Numbered from the stretch's first letter, positions 1 through 9,416 are shown. The stretch: 64,000 bases of DNA from Vampirovibrionaceae bacterium NZW_1234 (GCA_041697335.1 JBGUGD010000039.1:1-64000); one strand, 5' to 3'. The notes: a model not told the origin generated them from the sequence alone. Made by a program: numbers and translations.

Positions 1-133
1 ATTAGCTGACGCAGCCTACCCCTTCCAAGGCCTCAAACTCAGCGAGGCTGCACACAACCGCTTAGGCGAAATTGCAGACAAAGTCCTGGATGATAAGCTT
101 GGTGTGCCCGAAGTTGATCTAGCCAACGCTTAA
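1..133 (+). CDS. 3' end of a gene entering the window (partial; ...LADAAYPFQGLKLSEAAHNRLGEIADKVLDDKLGVPEVDLANA*), product unknown
   Basis: Open frame from position 2 to TAA at 131-133, followed directly by a terminator-like hairpin. Confidence 0.55.
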   Translation, partial: LADAAYPFQGLKLSEAAHNRLGEIADKVLDDKLGVPEVDLANA

Positions 134-152
134 TCTGAGACTATTACTCTTT

Positions 153-186
153 AAAAGACCCGTCCTATAAACAGGCGGGTCTTTTT
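153..186 (+). terminator. Rho-independent terminator
   Basis: AAAAGACCCGTC...GGCGGGTCTTTTT stem-loop with a T tract, 20 nt after the stop codon. Confidence 0.7.
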
Positions 187-617
187 CATGGATGATTGTT
201 GCAAAAAGAACTAACTCGAAGGGAGGGGTTGATTAGTCCTTGCATGATATACCAACCTGATATAAACTTAGGTGTTGTTTTTGCATCAAATGGGTGCAGC
301 GGCAGGTTGGGATAGCCGGTTTCTGAACAAACCCGGAAAAAAGACTCAACCACGTGTCGCCCCCAAACCGGGCTTAGTCCGGCGGATGCTTCACATTCTA
401 CTGTTTTAATAGTAATATAAACCATACGCTAGGGTTAAGGTACGCATGAGTTCACGTCAATCACCGACATACATCGGACAGGAATGTCTTGTGGCTGGGC
501 CACATGGCCTCACATGTCAGAGCGATTGCCTGAAACTCGGCGTCAACAACAACACGACTCGGCACGCCCTTCGGGGGATGTGCCTGGGGTCCAATAGGTA
601 AACGGGGAAAAGCGACC

Positions 618-893
618 ATGGGGAAAATGACAATGGACATGAGCGATATTGATATTAACGCCATTCGCGAAAAACTGATTGCCAGTGGGATTACAGAGAC
701 CCACGTGGCCGGATCCATTCTGCAATTCACGGAATTATTTCCACCCGATGTCTTTGATCGCACACTGAAGCAGATTCAGGAGACATTGCAAGAATTCGGG
801 TGTTCGGACCCTCAAAAAATTCAAAAACTCGCCGAATACTTATTTGCGGAGATTTTTATCGGGGCTCCCAGTATCTCTCCGGCGGCCATATAG
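618..893 (+). CDS. Small acidic helical hypothetical protein
   Basis: 91-aa ORF with protein-like amphipathic composition; no motif recognised. Confidence 0.55.
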   Translation: MGKMTMDMSDIDINAIREKLIASGITETHVAGSILQFTELFPPDVFDRTLKQIQETLQEFGCSDPQKIQKLAEYLFAEIFIGAPSISPAAI

Positions 894-1244
894 CCACACA
901 CCGACCGGAAGGCTCGCGAACCCACAGCGACCAAGAATCATCGCAACGTCATGGAAGGCGCGATATCATCGTGCCTTATGTTGGACTGTGCGGGTTATGT
1001 ACCAGCGTTACTGCGACCAAAGCAAACCTCATCGTTATTTAACCTCAGCAAACCGGGGCTTTTTGCCGCTGCCTCCTCCGGCCGGAGGAGCCCGGCAAAA
1101 TAAATCCACTGGGCAGATGTGGTGAGGGATCCCGATGCTGGACTACCATGGCGTGCAAAGGCTACATAACTTTACCTCCTCATGAATTTCGAGTAAGATA
1201 AAGTTCCGTAACGTTTTAACAGGTAAGAATCACCACTGGAATGG

Positions 1245-2027
1245 TTGACCGAGGGCATTACATTGAACGCTAAGACATCCGAAAAAGAAACCCCATCGGC
1301 TTCGTCACAGGCTAAACGCAACGAAAAAGTCCTGATTGTGGACGACGAGGCCAGCATTCGCCGTATTCTCGAAACTCGCTTTAAAATGCTCGGCTACGAA
1401 ACCGCCATTGCCTCAGACGGGGAGGAAGCCATTCAGCTCTTCGACCAGTTTTCACCGGACATTGTCATTTTGGACATCATGATGCCCAAAATGGATGGTT
1501 ACGGCGTCACCAAAGAAATTCGCAAAAATAACGACACACCCATCATCATTCTCACGGCCTTGGGCGATGTGTCTGAGCGTATTACCGGCCTGGAGCTGGG
1601 TGCCGACGATTATGTTGTCAAGCCCTTCAGTCCCAAGGAGCTGGAAGCCCGGGTTAAATCCATTTTACGCCGTACCTACGGCAAAAACGGCACCACCCCC
1701 ACCAAGGAAACCAACCATGTGATTCAGGTGGGCCACATTAAAATTGACACCAGCAAGCGCCAGGTCTTCCGCAAGAACGAGCGGGTGCGCCTGACGGGCA
1801 TGGAGTTCAGCCTCCTGGAACTGTTGGTCACCAATTCGGGTGTTCCCTACTCTCGGGGCGAAATTCTCAAGCATGTCTGGGCCTACCCGGAAGACCACCG
1901 CATCGACACCCGGGTGGTAGATGTTCACATCAGCCGTCTCAGGTCCAAGCTGGAAAACGACATTAGCAATCCCGAGCTGATTCTGACCGCCCGCGGCATT
2001 GGCTACATGTTCCAGAAAATTAATTAA
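1245..2027 (+). CDS. rpaB: OmpR-family response regulator, RpaB/Ycf27-like
   Basis: VLIVDDEASIRRILETR, LDIMMPKMDG, RITGLELGADDYVVKPFSPKELEAR, RLTGMEFSLLELL and DTRVVDVHISRLR..LE.D.SNPELILTARG match cyanobacterial RpaB. Confidence 0.9.
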   Translation: MTEGITLNAKTSEKETPSASSQAKRNEKVLIVDDEASIRRILETRFKMLGYETAIASDGEEAIQLFDQFSPDIVILDIMMPKMDGYGVTKEIRKNNDTPIIILTALGDVSERITGLELGADDYVVKPFSPKELEARVKSILRRTYGKNGTTPTKETNHVIQVGHIKIDTSKRQVFRKNERVRLTGMEFSLLELLVTNSGVPYSRGEILKHVWAYPEDHRIDTRVVDVHISRLRSKLENDISNPELILTARGIGYMFQKIN

Positions 2028-2076
2028 TCCGCTGTTTTCGTTTTGGTCCTTGCATGACGAACCCCACCTGTTTGGG

Positions 2077-2103
2077 TCAAGTTTTGTCGGCTTAAACCGA
2101 TAC
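2077..2103 (+). promoter_or_regulatory. Sigma-28 (FliA-type)-like promoter
   Basis: TCAAGTTT-N11-ACCGATAC versus consensus TAAAGTTT-N11-GCCGATAA, 43 nt upstream of a prepilin gene. Confidence 0.6.
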
Positions 2104-2146
2104 TCTCATCACGCATAGCATACGAATGCAGGGCCCCTAAAAACTC

Positions 2147-2713
2147 ATGAGAGCGACTGCGCCAAACGCCGGATTCACACTGACCGAAGTGCTGGTCACC
2201 ATGATTCTCATGGGCGTCATTGCCCTGTTTGCCCTACCCAAACTCGTGCTGCCCAAGGAAGACCGGCATGGGGATGCCATGATCCGCGACAGTTTTACCC
2301 TGATTGGTGAAGCCTACCTGGCCCGAAAGCGCGATAGCGAACTGCCGGCCGAGCAAATAGGCACCCTCGAACGTGAACTCTTCGGCCGTTATTTATACAG
2401 CCATCTCAATTACACCGAAGCCCTCAACCCCAATGACGTCGATGACTATTGTGAGGAAGCTGACTATTTCAAGCTTCCCATGGGCGTGGTGGTTCGCCAA
2501 ATTTGCGATATCCCTCAGAACATGTCCGATCCGGCCCGACTGGAGGTCACCCTTCACGTTCCCACCTGGAACAATACCGAGACCGAAACGGTGACCGTCG
2601 TCATTCCCAAGGACACCAACCGCTATATGACGCCTCATGGCTATAATGCCACAATCAATCCTTGCACCCATACCGATGAAGTGATGAAAGTGGTCGACGA
2701 GTGTCCCGGCTAG
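2147..2713 (+). CDS. Prepilin-type N-terminal cleavage/methylation domain protein (minor type IV pilin or pseudopilin)
   Basis: AG|FTLTEVLVTMILMGVIALFALP class III signal with E+5; four Cys in the globular part. Confidence 0.85.
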   Translation: MRATAPNAGFTLTEVLVTMILMGVIALFALPKLVLPKEDRHGDAMIRDSFTLIGEAYLARKRDSELPAEQIGTLERELFGRYLYSHLNYTEALNPNDVDDYCEEADYFKLPMGVVVRQICDIPQNMSDPARLEVTLHVPTWNNTETETVTVVIPKDTNRYMTPHGYNATINPCTHTDEVMKVVDECPG

Positions 2714-2811
2714 GCCGAGCTTTCGAGCGGACCACAGACATCCGGCAGTAAACATCTGGATTCATCGGCAGTCCTGGCTCCTTCACATGCTCGATTTTTG
2801 GGCCACACAAA

Positions 2812-2839
2812 TGGACACACCAAATTCGTCTTTTATAAT
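2812..2839 (+). promoter_or_regulatory. Candidate sigma-70 promoter
   Basis: TGGACA-N16-TATAAT upstream of the GTG at 2873, with GAGGGA SD-like sequence. Confidence 0.4.
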
Positions 2840-2872
2840 AAAATAGGGGAAGTACTATGAGGGAATTGGCAC

Positions 2873-4267
2873 GTGATCACACAGGAAAAAGCCTTAAAAA
2901 CACTGTCTCGATTCAATATTGACGAAGACCAGCTGGAGTCTTGGGAGTCCGAGCTGAACCTGGATATTCCTGTCGACAAGTTCGGAAACAAAATTTACAG
3001 TCAACTGCATATCAACCTGTTTAAAAACATCAAAAAGCACCTTACGCTGGGACGTTCCCTCCTGGACATCAAGCGCATGGTCATTCTGCCGCGCCAGGAA
3101 GCCACACAAGAGAACGATTCTTCCAAAAACGATTCTGCGTCGGATCAACCGGTAGAAACCGAATCCAAAGCCTTGGCTTCTGTGGGGTCCTCCGCTGCCA
3201 ACAAAACCGACGGCAGTGCCAGCCCCTTTGCTCTGGCCTTGGAGGCTACACAGGTTTTCGCCCAGGAACCCACTACCATCCCTGAATCGGTTATCACAAC
3301 CCTTCAGGAACCGGTGGCACCAGCAACCGTGTTGAGTACGCCCTCAGAGACCCGTTCGTCCGAACAACCGGTTCTTCTGGCTACGGCTCCCAACAGTTTG
3401 TCCCAACGGCTCTTACGAGAGTTAAAACCGGTTGAGCCCAAACGCTTAAGCCTTCAAGAATTTGTTGATGCTCATGAGACCCAAGGCATTGGTGAACCTC
3501 TTATGGGCTCGTCTCTGGTCAGCCGGAAAAGCAGTCGGTTCAGCACCCCCCCGGTGCGGATCAATACGGCCTCCATGCAGCCCACACAAGGGCAAAACGC
3601 TGGCTTATTGGCCCTCATCGACAAACTGATGGCGGAAAAAGATACCTTGCAGCAAAAACTCTTACTGGCTGAGAAACAAAAAGCCCATTTAATGAAGGCC
3701 AATGACATTTTTCAACAGAAAGTCAACGATCTGAATGCTGAAATCGAGCATCTCAAGGAAATTTTCCAATCCAAGGAACACTTCCAAGAGCATTTAAAGC
3801 TCATCGACGACAAATCTCGTCTGCAAAAGCAAGTTCTGGATGTTGAAGAGCGCCACACCCGGGCTGAGAAAAAGCTGATGCAACTGAACTCCGAAGTCGA
3901 GCGCCTTCGTTCCAGCTTGTCGGATCGCATCGATCCCAAGGTCTTCGTGGGCAACTGGCTGGAAGAAGCCGACCTGGTGGAAGTGGTCTTCGACAACTTC
4001 GGCATCAACATCGAAAGCAAGCGCAACCGGATGTTTAAAATCACCCACCCCCCCGAGCGCTGCTTTGGCCACACCGCCGTGGTCGAAACCACGTACGATT
4101 ACCAAACCAATACGTTGTGGAAGCGGACCGAAACCCTGGTGCTCAGCATCATCCACGAAAACCGTCTGGAAGGCGAGCTGATTGTGGAGTATCAATTGGA
4201 CGGCACCCCTGTGGCTCGAGCCAATTACAAGGCCCGATGCTATCGAAACGGAATCAAGGGCAACTAA
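2873..4267 (+). CDS. MerR-like HTH / low-complexity linker / coiled-coil / beta-rich C-terminal domain protein
   Basis: N-terminus (QLESWESELNLDIPVDKFGNKIYS...G.SL.DI) resembles a MerR/RacA-type HTH; heptad-rich coiled coil at about aa 245-350. Confidence 0.7.
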   Translation: MITQEKALKTLSRFNIDEDQLESWESELNLDIPVDKFGNKIYSQLHINLFKNIKKHLTLGRSLLDIKRMVILPRQEATQENDSSKNDSASDQPVETESKALASVGSSAANKTDGSASPFALALEATQVFAQEPTTIPESVITTLQEPVAPATVLSTPSETRSSEQPVLLATAPNSLSQRLLRELKPVEPKRLSLQEFVDAHETQGIGEPLMGSSLVSRKSSRFSTPPVRINTASMQPTQGQNAGLLALIDKLMAEKDTLQQKLLLAEKQKAHLMKANDIFQQKVNDLNAEIEHLKEIFQSKEHFQEHLKLIDDKSRLQKQVLDVEERHTRAEKKLMQLNSEVERLRSSLSDRIDPKVFVGNWLEEADLVEVVFDNFGINIESKRNRMFKITHPPERCFGHTAVVETTYDYQTNTLWKRTETLVLSIIHENRLEGELIVEYQLDGTPVARANYKARCYRNGIKGN

Positions 4268-4483
4268 AGGCCGTTTTGTAGCGCTATTTTTGAGTACCTC
4301 ACCCCTGGGGTCGGCTTTTGTCTGCAAAGATTGAGAGTCTTAATGGTTTTACAAGATTTCAACAGGCAATTTTGAGCGCCTCGTTGTTTTTATTGTATTG
4401 AAACGTAATAAATCCCTTTGGGGCGTATTCAGCCCCATCCCCCTGGAAAAGAGAAGCGAACGACGAAGAGAGGCCCCCTGGAG

Positions 4484-5101
4484 ATGAACACCCTGGGTTT
4501 CAATGCCAATTGGAATGCTCCGGTTTATGATCAAACCGGCCGCATTGCCTCATGGCGTGAGCCTGTGGGTTCCATAGCCCCTTGGCCTGCCTCCCAGTGG
4601 GGGAACTTCCAGGGCCACACAGACAGCTTTACCACCACGACCGATTGGCCCACCCTCACGGGTTCTCCCTCGCGTCGGCCGGTCTATGTTCAGCAAACCC
4701 GCTATTCTCTGTATGACAACGCCCCAAACCAGATCTGGGATGTCCTGGGCCCCCCGGTGGGTCCCGCCAGTCTGTCTGCCAACGATGCCACCCGCCTGGG
4801 GCAGCTCATCGCCTTCGGCCGCTTGGGCTCGGGCAGCGTCATTAACCCCACCCCCTTGGAGCCTGAGCCGGAATCGCCTTGGCTTAGTCCACAAGAACAG
4901 GTTGCCTGGCTGATGAGTCGCAACCCGCAAGGCCAGCCCATGGCCCATCCGGGATTGCCCGCTTCGACTCCCCTTCCGATGCCGGGCAACTGGAACGGAT
5001 TTCAACCAGTGCGCCAACAAACGGCCGCACAACCCACCAGCGGCTTTGGTCAAATTCTGCCCTTGCTGCTCCTGGCCCTGGGCGGTCGCAAAAGCGCCTA
5101 A
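4484..5101 (+). CDS. Pro/Gln/Trp-rich hypothetical protein with hydrophobic C-terminus
   Basis: ATG at 4484 within the ORF opening at 4418; low-complexity sequence ending ILPLLLLALGGRKSA. Confidence 0.6.
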   Translation: MNTLGFNANWNAPVYDQTGRIASWREPVGSIAPWPASQWGNFQGHTDSFTTTTDWPTLTGSPSRRPVYVQQTRYSLYDNAPNQIWDVLGPPVGPASLSANDATRLGQLIAFGRLGSGSVINPTPLEPEPESPWLSPQEQVAWLMSRNPQGQPMAHPGLPASTPLPMPGNWNGFQPVRQQTAAQPTSGFGQILPLLLLALGGRKSA

Positions 5102-5110
5102 AATTCCCGC

Positions 5111-6265
5111 TTATCCCTTGGCCAAGGCAACAGCCTCTTGCTGGCGAAACACATCTCGAATTCGGGCCGCCTCGGCACGCAAGCGAGCCTTGGGGGTCTG
5201 AGGCTGCCAGTCGGGCAGGCGAGAGGCGGGGTCTGCCGGAACAAACTGATACACGCTGGAGGCAATGACGCGTGGGTTGGTCAAGAGACGCCGATACAAA
5301 GCAGGGATAGCCTTAACCCATGACGCACCGGGCCGGGGCCGATAGGCCACCAAGTCCACCTGCACTTCCATGCGTCGGCCCTCCCAAGTCCGGGTCACCA
5401 CGGGCTTGGCCACCAGGACTTCTCCAATATGCCCCGGCTCTTCAAAGGCCATGCGATCCTGGTGAGTCAGTTTCAAGGGCATCCGTGCAAAGGTCTGGGC
5501 CCCTTTCAGGGCCCCCTGGTGGAGGACATCGAGAATCGTTCCGCCAAACACCGTCTGATGAATGTTTTGATCCGTGGCCCGGGTGACATACATGGCCTCC
5601 GTTCCAGGCAACACCTCGTGATCCTCAACCTGCATGGCACGGCGCTCCGGGGCCAGCTGCCATATTGCTGCAGCCTCGGCCTTGCGGTTCTGGCGCCGGA
5701 TCTCAAACTGGCGCAATAACACCGGATCCTGAAGCAGGGCCTTCACTGGCGTTTTTTTGTCTCCCACCAGGGCAAAGGTCAAATAGCCCTTTAAAATCAT
5801 CCGCCCGGGGCCTTTGGGCGACTCGCCCCCGGCGGCATCATGCGGTAGTTTGTTTTTGGCATACACCCCCAGCTCCAGTTCCAGAGAGGTTTGTCCCACC
5901 CCACTGAGGCGGCCTTCGGTCATCAGGTAATCAAAGGGCTGGGGTGTATCACCGTACTCCAGACGATCGGCCCCGGCAGTCACCATGGCCCTGTCCGGGC
6001 ACAGATCCCGGACCAACAAGGCCCCAGCCGTATCAATACGCTCGAAGGCCACATACTGATTGCTGATACCAGAACCCGTGGGCGGCACATAACGAGGAAA
6101 ATACACCCCGGCAGGCAGGGGATCGCGATGCGGCCTGGGCCAGGCCGAGCCCTCCGGCGTCGCCTGAAACCGAAGCGCATCGGGGGCGGTAGCGGACATC
6201 GGCCTTGTCCGGGGGAAAACCCGCGCCGTTCCAGGTACCGTTGTTGTCCTTGCCACCTGCATCAT
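5111..6265 (-). CDS. Double hotdog-fold acyl-CoA thioesterase-like protein with N-terminal extension
   Basis: DQNIHQTVFGGTILD and D...F..P..IGE.L motifs; degenerate first hotdog domain; GAGGA SD before ATG 6265. Confidence 0.75.
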   Translation of the reverse strand: MMQVARTTTVPGTARVFPRTRPMSATAPDALRFQATPEGSAWPRPHRDPLPAGVYFPRYVPPTGSGISNQYVAFERIDTAGALLVRDLCPDRAMVTAGADRLEYGDTPQPFDYLMTEGRLSGVGQTSLELELGVYAKNKLPHDAAGGESPKGPGRMILKGYLTFALVGDKKTPVKALLQDPVLLRQFEIRRQNRKAEAAAIWQLAPERRAMQVEDHEVLPGTEAMYVTRATDQNIHQTVFGGTILDVLHQGALKGAQTFARMPLKLTHQDRMAFEEPGHIGEVLVAKPVVTRTWEGRRMEVQVDLVAYRPRPGASWVKAIPALYRRLLTNPRVIASSVYQFVPADPASRLPDWQPQTPKARLRAEAARIRDVFRQQEAVALAKG

Positions 6266-7158
6266 ATGTCGGTCATCCTCGCACCCATCCAGAGACATGC
6301 ACGCCCATGCCATCCTGATTGGAGAATACCGATTTTCACGTCACAACACAAGCCGCCCCCGTGAGAAACCCGTACTTTATTTATAAAAATTAACAAGCAT
6401 TCCCTGGCCCTTAAACGCGTCATGGCCCCCTTCGGGTCAATGGGGAAGGGGTTCTGAAAAAATAAAGAAGGAAAACAGCATGGTGCTTACGCACGAAACA
6501 TCGCCTACATGCCGATAAACTGCCACGCCGACTCGACATGCTGTTTTCCTCTAGACTTGGTGTCTGATAAACCTCCACATCAGACAACCCATGTTGCGCT
6601 CCCGTGCAACGTTCCCTACAAACGTCGCTCCTACCAACCAACCATGAATTCTGTTAATTCGGTGATACCGCCTGAACCTGTTCCAAATCCTCGAGCATGG
6701 TCGACAACCATCCGGGCAAATGCACGGCCACATCCATATAGCGCTGCTCCGCCCCATGGATTTTAAAGCGATGCGAGGCGGTCCCTCGAAACATCAAATT
6801 GGATTGAATAATCTTCTTCGTACCACGACTCATGTGACCTCCAGCAAACGTGACCCAACCGCTTAACAATTTATACCTATATAAAAACAAAACATTAATA
6901 GGGCTTGCTAGGAAGTATATCCTCCAATAATTAACAAATTCTTAAATCCCAAAAAGCCCAGCCAGTTTGGCTTTTTAGCCCACATCCCCATGCTACACAA
7001 TTTTACGTTTGTTCCGGTTTTATTCAGACATCTCAGGCAAAGGCCGCCCCAAGAGGCCTCGAACAGGCTCATCCGGCACGAAACGCCGCAGACCGTGAAG
7101 GTCCCTTCCAAAATCAACTTATGCTAGACTATTGCATGCACGAATGGAGTGATTCCCC

Positions 7159-8214
7159 GTGAGCACGTTACCCTCTCTCATCGGTTTAGACTTACCGGCC
7201 CTCGAAGCCCTGGTCAGCAGCCTGGGCGAGCCGAAATTTCGGGCCGAGCAGCTGCATTCCTGGATTTATGTGCGTAACGAGCGCGATTTCGACAAAATGA
7301 CCAATCTGGCCAAATCCTTGCGGGCCAAGTTGAAAGAACACCATCAGGTGGGCTGCCTCACCATTGCCGACAAACAGGTAAGCCAGGACGGGACCATCAA
7401 GTATCTCTTCCGCCTGCCGGACGGCCAACAAGTGGAATCCGTGCTGATGTACTTTGAAGAGCGCGACGTCTATGCCGTGTGCCTCAGCACCCAAGTGGGC
7501 TGTGCCGTCAACTGCGACTTCTGTGCGACAGCCAAACTGGGCTTCAAGCGAAACCTGAGTGTGGCCGAAATCGTGGATCAGCTGATGTACATCCGCCATG
7601 ATTCGGGCGCCAATGTCCGCAACATCGTTTTTATGGGCCAGGGTGAGCCGCTTCTCAATTACGACAACCTGCTGGCCGCTATCCACATCATCAACAAGTC
7701 CGCCGAAATCGGCATGCGCCACATTACGATTTCCACCTCGGGAATTGTCCCGATGATCGACCGCCTGGCCGACGAGGACCTGCAACTGACGCTGGCCGTG
7801 TCCTTGCATGCCCCGGATGATGAGACCCGGCTGAAATTTATGCCCATCACCAAAAAGTACCCCATCGACATGCTGATGACCTCTCTGCATCGTTACGTGG
7901 AGAAAACCGGGCGCCGCATTACCATTGAATACATCTTGCTGGCCGGAGTCAACGACACCGTTCCCCACGCCCAGCGCCTGAATGTGTTGTTAAAGCGCCT
8001 GCACTGCAACATCAACCTCATCCCGTACAACCCCATTGGTGAAGAATACGGCTATTTCCGCCCCAGCCGGGAAGACGTGCTGGCGTTCCGCGATCGCGTT
8101 TACGAAAGCGGCCATAAAGTCACCGTCCGCATCGAGCGCGGTACCGACATTGCTGCCGCCTGCGGCCAGCTTCAGAACAAGCACCAGATGCAGCTGGCCA
8201 CCTGCGCCAGCTAA
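7159..8214 (+). CDS. rlmN: 23S rRNA/tRNA A2503/A37 C2-methyltransferase (radical SAM)
   Basis: CLSTQVGCAVNCDFCAT, VFMGQGEPL, SLHAP, NLIPYN, DIAAACGQL. Confidence 0.95.
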   Translation: MSTLPSLIGLDLPALEALVSSLGEPKFRAEQLHSWIYVRNERDFDKMTNLAKSLRAKLKEHHQVGCLTIADKQVSQDGTIKYLFRLPDGQQVESVLMYFEERDVYAVCLSTQVGCAVNCDFCATAKLGFKRNLSVAEIVDQLMYIRHDSGANVRNIVFMGQGEPLLNYDNLLAAIHIINKSAEIGMRHITISTSGIVPMIDRLADEDLQLTLAVSLHAPDDETRLKFMPITKKYPIDMLMTSLHRYVEKTGRRITIEYILLAGVNDTVPHAQRLNVLLKRLHCNINLIPYNPIGEEYGYFRPSREDVLAFRDRVYESGHKVTVRIERGTDIAAACGQLQNKHQMQLATCAS

Positions 8215-8480
8215 AACCGCCTCCCAGAAACATATTTTGCAAAAATATTCTTAAAATCATCACAAAATGGCACTTTTAGACACAGACCACGTTTAAAAGA
8301 CAATCAATATGGGAATATAACCCAAAAGGATACTTAAAAAACGGGTCTGACAACAATGGCCACGACACCCTCTTCTACAACCCAGGCATTAACCCAAAAC
8401 ACCCCAAGCCGCTTTGCCTTGCCCAGCGGCGGGAAGGCATCCGCTCGTGAAACCACCCTGACGTTTTGCCCCAAGATTTC

Positions 8481-8587
8481 CCGTACGGACAATTTGTCCG
8501 TACGGAATCACACCCCCATTGACCGAGTGGCCAATTTGGCCACTCGGTCATCTCATGCTCAGCCACCATGCGGACAATTTGTCCGCA
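8481..8587. repeat. Three tandem perfect inverted repeats sharing a CAATTTG centre
   Basis: CCGTACGGACAA-T-TTGTCCGTACGG (8481-8505), TGACCGAGTGGCCAA-T-TTGGCCACTCGGTCA (8520-8550), TGCGGACAA-T-TTGTCCGCA (8569-8587). Confidence 0.9.
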
Positions 8588-8639
8588 CGGTCACAGCGGA
8601 CCCGAATGCCCTTAAACTGACTGGATGGCCAAAGCCCAA

Positions 8640-9416
8640 CTAGGCTTTAAAGTTAATGCGGGGTGGCAATAAGCCTCGGACGGCCAACACATCCATACCC
8701 ACCATCCGGCCCAGGCGGTTCTGCTCGGCCAGCCAGTTTTGAAAGGAGTGATAATCCTGAAACGTGCGCAACGGCACATCCAACTGCCCGACAATCAAGC
8801 CCTTTTCATCATGCTCCTGAAAGGCATTGCTGGTCTTGCCCGTGGCAAAGACCATGGAAAAGCTCTTCATCTCCGTCACCGCACCTGGCGATACGGCAAA
8901 AGCCTGGTTGGCCAAGCGCTTGGACTTTACGACTGTCATCCCGGTCTCCTCCCGGGTTTCCACGTCGCCTTGTTTAAAAATTTTCGCCATCTTGTCGCCA
9001 CCGGCCAGACTCTTGGTCACGGCAGCCCGGCTGGATTTGTCGCCGGTCGGGTCATCGTTCATCACCAGCCCACCGGGGACTTCCACCACCAGTTTCCCCA
9101 TGGCCCCGGGCTTTCGAGTGACCAGCAAACGAACGAAAAGCTTTCCCTTCTTGTTTCGAATGATGGGCAACGCATGAACGGCACCCAGCTCCGCGTTATC
9201 CCGGTGTGCTACGGTCCAGTTCTTCTCCGGGGGCAAGGCATCGGTCACCCCAGGCACACCACCCGGGACATTGTACAGGGCCAAAAACGGGCTTCCGCCC
9301 GGAAGACGCTCAATACCCTTGCCCAAGGCATTGGTCTGGGTTAATGACCGGGGGGAAGGGACCAACACCGGTTGCTGCGGTGCCCGTGACGGGCGCATGC
9401 CAAATCGTACGTCCAT
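8640..9416 (-). CDS. Nudix hydrolase (ADP-ribose pyrophosphatase-like) with an interrupted Nudix box
   Basis: AVHALP...LLV.R......VEVPGGL...ETREETGM and SPG..TE motifs. Confidence 0.75.
   Translation of the reverse strand: MDVRFGMRPSRAPQQPVLVPSPRSLTQTNALGKGIERLPGGSPFLALYNVPGGVPGVTDALPPEKNWTVAHRDNAELGAVHALPIIRNKKGKLFVRLLVTRKPGAMGKLVVEVPGGLVMNDDPTGDKSSRAAVTKSLAGGDKMAKIFKQGDVETREETGMTVVKSKRLANQAFAVSPGAVTEMKSFSMVFATGKTSNAFQEHDEKGLIVGQLDVPLRTFQDYHSFQNWLAEQNRLGRMVGMDVLAVRGLLPPRINFKA

Noticed and set aside
6420..7117. Short ORFs and a lone GCCGATAA (6511) between the thioesterase and rlmN
   Set aside because: No convincing SD or protein features, and no matching -35 element at the correct spacing
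8481..8587. CRISPR array
   Set aside because: Repeats differ in sequence and length, spacers are only 14-18 nt, and there are no cas genes in the window
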